From contig NW_027270935.1 in NCBI RefSeq assembly GCF_040938485.1, positions 930,001 to 994,000 of the forward strand: DNA of 64,000 nt, in the 5' to 3' direction. Below are positions 60,601-64,000 of this stretch, one piece after another. The notes under the pieces were generated by a model. That model was not told where the DNA came from. It did no database searches and saw only the letters and a program-made list of their open reading frames with translations. The DNA is from Diadema antillarum. Lineage: Eukaryota. Made by a program: the position numbers and the translations under genes. Each line of letters begins with the position of its first letter. The stretch's first letter is position 1.

Positions 60601-63477
60601 TTTTCCTCAAACTCTTGCTGATATGTTCTACTAATATTGCTGCATTCACTTAATCCAAATGTATATGAAGGTGGGCTTGTCCTTTAAACACTGCTGTGTC
60701 CATATAGTTCAGCTATACATAATTTTAACCACCCATACATGTAGGTGACTGGACCCACCTCAAGGTTATGGCCCGAGCAACGGGGTCATTGCTGTGGATG
60801 ACAAAGAAGATTCGCCTGACAAACTCATCCACATTAAGTATCTTGTCCAGATGTTTGACACTCTGCTGGGAGACCTTCAGCACACACTGACGCAAAAAGT
60901 TGTTGCTACAAAGAAGCGAAGAAATAAATAACACCAATGTGAATTTAGTCTTACCTTTGTTGTTCAAGCAAAACAATTTCTGAAACAAGAGATCTACAAA
61001 AGATATCATCAGCTTTTTGTCATGCATCGATCTCAAGGAACCTCAACTTTTAAAAAGTGGCATAAAGTCTTATCTTGTAATTCTTTAAATGTTAAACCAA
61101 TGACTGCATCATATTAAACTGGGTACATGCATAGATATAATGAAATTACACTTTTATTTTGAGTCTCAAAAGCACTTACATGTAGCCCAGATATTCTATG
61201 TGTTCATGTTACAATTTAATCATACAAATTACAATAACAGCTTTTCAACTTTGGTTTACTTTCATTGGGACTGCAATGAATAAGATTTTTTTTTTAAACC
61301 TTGGAGTACACACATCCCTGCAGAACGTATCACTTTCTTCCTAAATTAGACAATTTTTTGGCTTTTTTCTACTCTTTCTTTTTTTTTTAACTGCTTACTG
61401 CACATTGACATTGCTTTTGTTTGTGCATTATTCTCTCCATAATTAGCTCTACTAGTAATCAAGTATACAGAACTCCCAAAATGACTGAGGAAATGTCGTG
61501 TATTTTGATAATCTTTATAAAAATGAAATTGATATTTCAGAACTAGCTTTCTATATTAAACTCAAATTCACTGATAGTAATACAGTAAATCGACTTGGTC
61601 ATATTAGTTGATTTTAGTTCATGACAACACAAGGACAACAAGGAATTTGGAAGGAGAACATCTGGAGATTTGAAAAGTATAAAAGTCCCCCCAAAAGCAA
61701 GAATAGTTTAAATAAATTGTGCATATTTCTAGATCTATTAATACATCACCTGAAAAGATGCACTGGATTGAAAAACAAAACAAAACAACAGAAGGTCTTG
61801 AAACTATACAAACATACCCATCTCTGAAAACATCAGCCAGTTTGAGAAAAGCTGAGTTGATGAGAATTGGAAATGGGTACTTTTCAAAGAGTCGTGGGAA
61901 CCGTACGATGGCTTCACACTGTTCCCCTGCTTTGCTTGAGTGGAGACCTAAATGTGAGATAGAGGCAAGTCATACTCATAAATCTAAAGCAGTCCAGAAA
62001 AAGACATGTCATTGGCATCAACACCGCATTAAAAACTGTACTTAAAAATGTGAACAAAGCAGATATTTGTCAATCAATTGCTGCAATTAAGACACACCAT
62101 GTTATATCACAGGATATGATAACAAAAACAAATGCGATCTCAGGGATCTCCTTCACCAGATAGATCTACTAATCGTATACCAGTACTAGTACTGTGTTGG
62201 GCAGAGTGCCCTCATCTGGCAACTGAGTGAGTGGTCTAGAATCTACTATATGACACATAACCCCAGGGCGCTCCTTGTGCTCAGTTATCGAACGCTTTGC
62301 GTTCGAAGGGCTGGTCATAGTTACATGACACACTAAAACCCCGGGGCGCTCCTTGTACACAGTTATACTGTGGGAGTGTAACGCTAGTCGCAGGTGATGA
62401 CATACAGACTGCTTCCACACCAGGACAAGCAGGAAGAATGTTTATCTATTTAAATTGTGAACTATCTTTTCCCCTTAAAAAAAAAAAAAAAAAAAAAAAT
62501 TACTGCTTGAAATTTAAAGTGAATTTAGATAAGTTAGTGTGTCGTTATATTGACAGTCTACCAAAGCACAAAGGCTTAAACATGTCACGTTAAACCTTTG
62601 TTGACAAATGACAGATAAATTTATGCATCTTTTTTTTTTTAAAGGTGCATAGTCCCGGTAGTGTAGAGGGCGCTGTTGATGATACTGCCGATCACCGTTA
62701 GCATTGATACGAAGATTACCGAAGTTGAGCTGTAATCAACTAGAGTACAGTGCATAGGTGTTGCTAAGTAACGTTGCCTTCGTTGTCTTCTCTGCGCATC
62801 GCGCAGTCTGTGATGTGCTTGTTATTATGACATCACAAAAGAAGTTTGCTAAAGCTGTCATCCCCTTTAGCCGAATCATGAGCCGAACTATTATCGGATC
62901 ACTGACTACAGTGAATCGGACTTCTTCGGACTCGGGGAAGTGGGCCACATAGTGTATAAGCGCTAAAGAGGAGTCGATAGCGTAGGTCTCTATAGGAAAC
63001 TTGCGCCATGCGCCCGCGTACGCATTTGACTAAAACACTGGGACTATGCACCTTTAAAGCAACAAACCATCACTGCACTGCCAGTGGCATGGCACCACCC
63101 GCACCCGTAAGATCTCTGACTCTGTCAACATAACAATATTAACATTTGTATTAATGAAATGGACTGGAAAATAAGGTTAAAATACATTCTGCTCAGCAGA
63201 CTCAAGAGTTCACAACACTGGTCCAGTGCCAGTGGTGGTGAAACTGTAAAATAGATTTTGTCTAAAAGTGTAATTTTATGTTAGACCTAACGTTAGCTCT
63301 ATTTAAATTAAATTTAAATTTAAAGCTTTAAACTTTACTCAAATGTTATTGTTAGGAGTCAACAAGCGAAGGCTCACCCTTGTCAAGTTCCAAAAGCGCC
63401 GAGTTTGCGTCATGTTCCTGTTCACCGTAGCCTACATCAGAACCAAAGCTTGTAATTCGTGATGTTGTGCTTGCCAT
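47344..63477 (-). CDS. INTS7: Gene model span: Integrator complex subunit 7, 20 exons, 959 aa
   Basis: The exons total 2880 nt in frame. The protein starts MASTTSRITSFGSDVGYGEQEHDANSALLELDKG, contains EQCEAIVRFPRLFEKYPFPILINSAFLKLADVFR and VASEHFYYWL, and ends with PHNDYFS...WRTGPKT and a poly-Q tail like human INTS7. Confidence 0.97.
48015..48100 (-). CDS. INTS7: INTS7 exon 19
   Basis: GLFRKVDQVVISVNTVLTSSNKSDEKSPE. Confidence 0.93.
48579..48782. mobile_element. TA-flanked Tc1/mariner-like MITE
   Basis: TA|CTGTATAAGCTGTTATTTTC...GAAAATAACAGCTTATACAG|TA; perfect 20-bp TIR. Confidence 0.88.
48818..48926 (-). CDS. INTS7: INTS7 exon 18
   Basis: LNLSPSPRASGDPVPVATNTHLALKVEGVIQHGSQP. Confidence 0.96.
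49019..49192. mobile_element. Small inverted-repeat MITE (PIF/Harbinger-like termini)
   Basis: 33-bp inverted core 49042-49074 / 49137-49169 with one mismatch; CTGGG...CCCAG ends. Confidence 0.7.
49731..49829 (-). CDS. INTS7: INTS7 exon 17
   Basis: HTECIQHACLSLLRMPFGFPRYFYQALQSTSIK. Confidence 0.96.
50402..50558 (-). CDS. INTS7: INTS7 exon 16
   Basis: SGKHMIQQDLLGSSDLAQRGGNLQAESSRVTNQILADLQRVLEETEGKPVSHQ; the phases fit. Confidence 0.88.
50587..50756. other. Assembly gap (N run)
   Basis: 170 N bases, in INTS7 intron 15. Confidence 1.
51166..51234 (-). CDS. INTS7: INTS7 exon 15
   Basis: LQRHCLLLVYLIDALILNSSAY. Confidence 0.93.
51235..52008 (-). other. U12-type (minor spliceosome) GT-AG intron, INTS7 intron 14
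   Basis: 5' end reads GTATCCTTTCC. The branch point TTCCTTGAC (plus-strand 51246-51254) lies 11 nt before the AG, with no long polypyrimidine tract. Confidence 0.92.
52009..52112 (-). CDS. INTS7: INTS7 exon 14
   Basis: MQKSSDRLQSLADNYADLYLSSFDADMSTLSCIK(I); followed by a U12-type donor gtatccttt. Confidence 0.95.
52512..52706 (-). CDS. INTS7: INTS7 exon 13
   Basis: AGATPNHPLKFQTEFARLR...CPPPAIAPAVAMTTGQDLLRCGHMATQ. Confidence 0.96.
53332..53490 (-). CDS. INTS7: INTS7 exon 12
   Basis: VASEHFYYWLGALEVLSQAEAYL...YESGLAALK. Confidence 0.95.
53612..53832. repeat. Repeat with three tandem units of about 65-78 bp, probably inside a hAT-like element
   Basis: Units start at 53643, 53708 and 53786 with ccactt(c/t)c(a/g)ggtttc.tcagct.aca.gc...aaaa; a similar motif occurs inside the 1642-1799 element. 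Confidence 0.6.
54686..54733 (-). CDS. INTS7: INTS7 exon 11
   Basis: GCHRTASQIFKNLTTQ; cag/gtaagg. Confidence 0.9.
55243..55374 (-). CDS. INTS7: INTS7 exon 10
   Basis: VALAVLLLIEEKTSKQTFTEDSVVRLTESRPWVAYRIARQATRV. Confidence 0.94.
55799..55883. mobile_element. 85-bp piggyBac-like MITE, copy 2
   Basis: TTAA|CCCATTGAGGAT...GTCTTCAATGGG|TTAG; same length and core (ttcccatagacacctgcccgagtat) as 4300-4384. Confidence 0.82.
55929..56086 (-). CDS. INTS7: INTS7 exon 9
   Basis: DKESAILMCHCLASLAELQHNVLAAHRGILQEQFQEVLGKEQSGVKEDQGGYL. Confidence 0.93.
56535..56631 (-). CDS. INTS7: INTS7 exon 8
   Basis: ITLESVHCLCKTYPSQTADFVEMLASNLSLAP. Confidence 0.9.
57033..57250 (-). CDS. INTS7: INTS7 exon 7
   Basis: DGSVKTLCKNLLHHWEVCVSSRAVQVLSRLLC...SKSALKSLK. 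Confidence 0.9.
57947..58178 (-). CDS. INTS7: INTS7 exon 6
   Basis: VDLLLSYMENDIRHSIK...APHAWSQANVDTLC...PAFLTSDA; aag acceptor. Confidence 0.9.
58647..58699. repeat. Short tandem repeat, three copies of TTTGCTGTATGATAA
   Basis: Direct reading, with small insertions between copies. Confidence 0.8.
58797..58996 (-). CDS. INTS7: INTS7 exon 5
   Basis: GLATPIDIKMKLIPIFSHMHYD...LAAASHIHIPDQ. Confidence 0.96.
59386..59570 (-). CDS. INTS7: INTS7 exon 4
   Basis: VLGSIAPIIAERKRVHHSIHAGLDSHDQVELEAAIFAASCFAAESKTFATGISNKLVELIE. Confidence 0.95.
60122..60683. mobile_element. Kolobok-like MITE, family A copy 3
   Basis: TTAG|AGAACAAGTCCACCT...AGGTGGGCTTGTCCT|TTAA; aligns with copies 1 and 2. Confidence 0.87.
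60759..60905 (-). CDS. INTS7: INTS7 exon 3
   Basis: NNFLRQCVLKVSQQSVKHLDKILNVDEFVRRIFFVIHSNDPVARAITLR. Confidence 0.97.
61818..61947 (-). CDS. INTS7: INTS7 exon 2
   Basis: LHSSKAGEQCEAIVRFPRLFEKYPFPILINSAFLKLADVFRD. Confidence 0.97.
62643..63053. mobile_element. Kolobok-like MITE, family B
   Basis: TTAA|AGGTGCATAGTCCC...GGGACTATGCACCT|TTAA; 14-bp perfect TIR; CpG-rich interior. Confidence 0.85.
63378..63477 (-). CDS. INTS7: INTS7 exon 1 (coding part)
   Basis: MASTTSRITSFGSDVGYGEQEHDANSALLELDK, G|gtgagc donor. Confidence 0.95.
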
Positions 63478-64000
63478 GTCTGTTTTCTGTTGATAGAGCC
63501 AAATAAATTCGGCTTGAAATTACAAATCAACTTTAGATTACATCAAGTCAGAGGTTGGTTTTTCCGTGTACGTGTGTGTGTGTGCTTTCCACACGTTGCG
63601 ATTACAGGTTGTACTTCCTGTATGTCAATAATAGAATTTTGTCAGACGTTCTATTGACGAGCCATAATATCAAGTGTAGCGTTCTCGGGGCAGAGCCAAT
63701 GTACATGAGAAATAATTATAGAAAACGTCTGGTAAAACGACTAAATCATCGAGCCCGCGCCAAACAAGGGACGCGTCTTCTTTAAAACCCCGTTCGTGCC
63801 CGTGCAAAAGCGTGCTTGAGTACTTCACTGCCCCGACGCCGCCCCACCGGATCGTTGATGTGTCCCGCTTGAAAGACTAACGCGTGGCATGGTGTGCCAA
63901 CTCGATAAAAAAGTGCTTGATTATATCTTGACTTCATGGGACTAAATCTTCTGAAGCCACAGTTCGCAATGTTTCCTTCAGTCTTCCTGCCAGGAGTCAC
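63478..64000. promoter_or_regulatory. INTS7 5' UTR / promoter, CpG-rich
   Basis: Lies immediately upstream of the INTS7 ATG, with raised CpG content; the transcription start is not resolvable. Confidence 0.45.

Noticed and set aside
1-64000. Most entries of the supplied ORF track as independent genes
   Set aside because: They are short and either overlap true exons in or out of frame, or arise from microsatellites, N runs and palindromic MITEs. None resembles a transposase, reverse transcriptase or other recognisable protein.
63782-64000. ORF at the window edge as a gene start
   Set aside because: It is truncated by the window, begins at a non-ATG codon and has no recognisable homology.

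Overview
This is AT-rich eukaryotic genomic DNA from an invertebrate deuterostome. An echinoderm, probably a sea urchin, is inferred from the protein sequences and repeat style. There are two assembly gaps (40979-41111, 50587-50756). I assembled four intron-rich protein-coding genes by hand from splice sites and reading-frame continuity: (1) the last two coding exons of a probable TMEM179-family membrane protein (+, 417-5995); (2) a complete MTA1/2/3 pro-ortholog, a NuRD subunit (-, 16634-37257, 19 exons, about 730 aa); (3) a complete LAMTOR3/MP1 (+, 38008-43528, 6 coding exons, 123 aa), head-to-head with MTA across a CpG-rich bidirectional promoter with a CTCF-like site; (4) a complete INTS7 (-, 47344-63477, 20 exons, 959 aa). 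Introns and UTRs hold many non-autonomous DNA transposons (hAT-, piggyBac-, Kolobok-, Harbinger-, Tc1/mariner- and Helentron/HINE-like). I found no transposase ORF, tRNA/rRNA gene or CRISPR array. The best second-look items are a textbook U12 (minor spliceosome) intron in INTS7, a canonical C2H2 zinc finger in MTA that human MTA1 lacks, a duplicated 5' splice site in MTA whose use would insert an immediate stop codon, a TMEM179-MTA linkage that mirrors two human paralogons, and long foldback elements in the pre-mRNAs. I cannot support a wholly new biological system from this sequence. Human comparisons are from recall, not from a database search.
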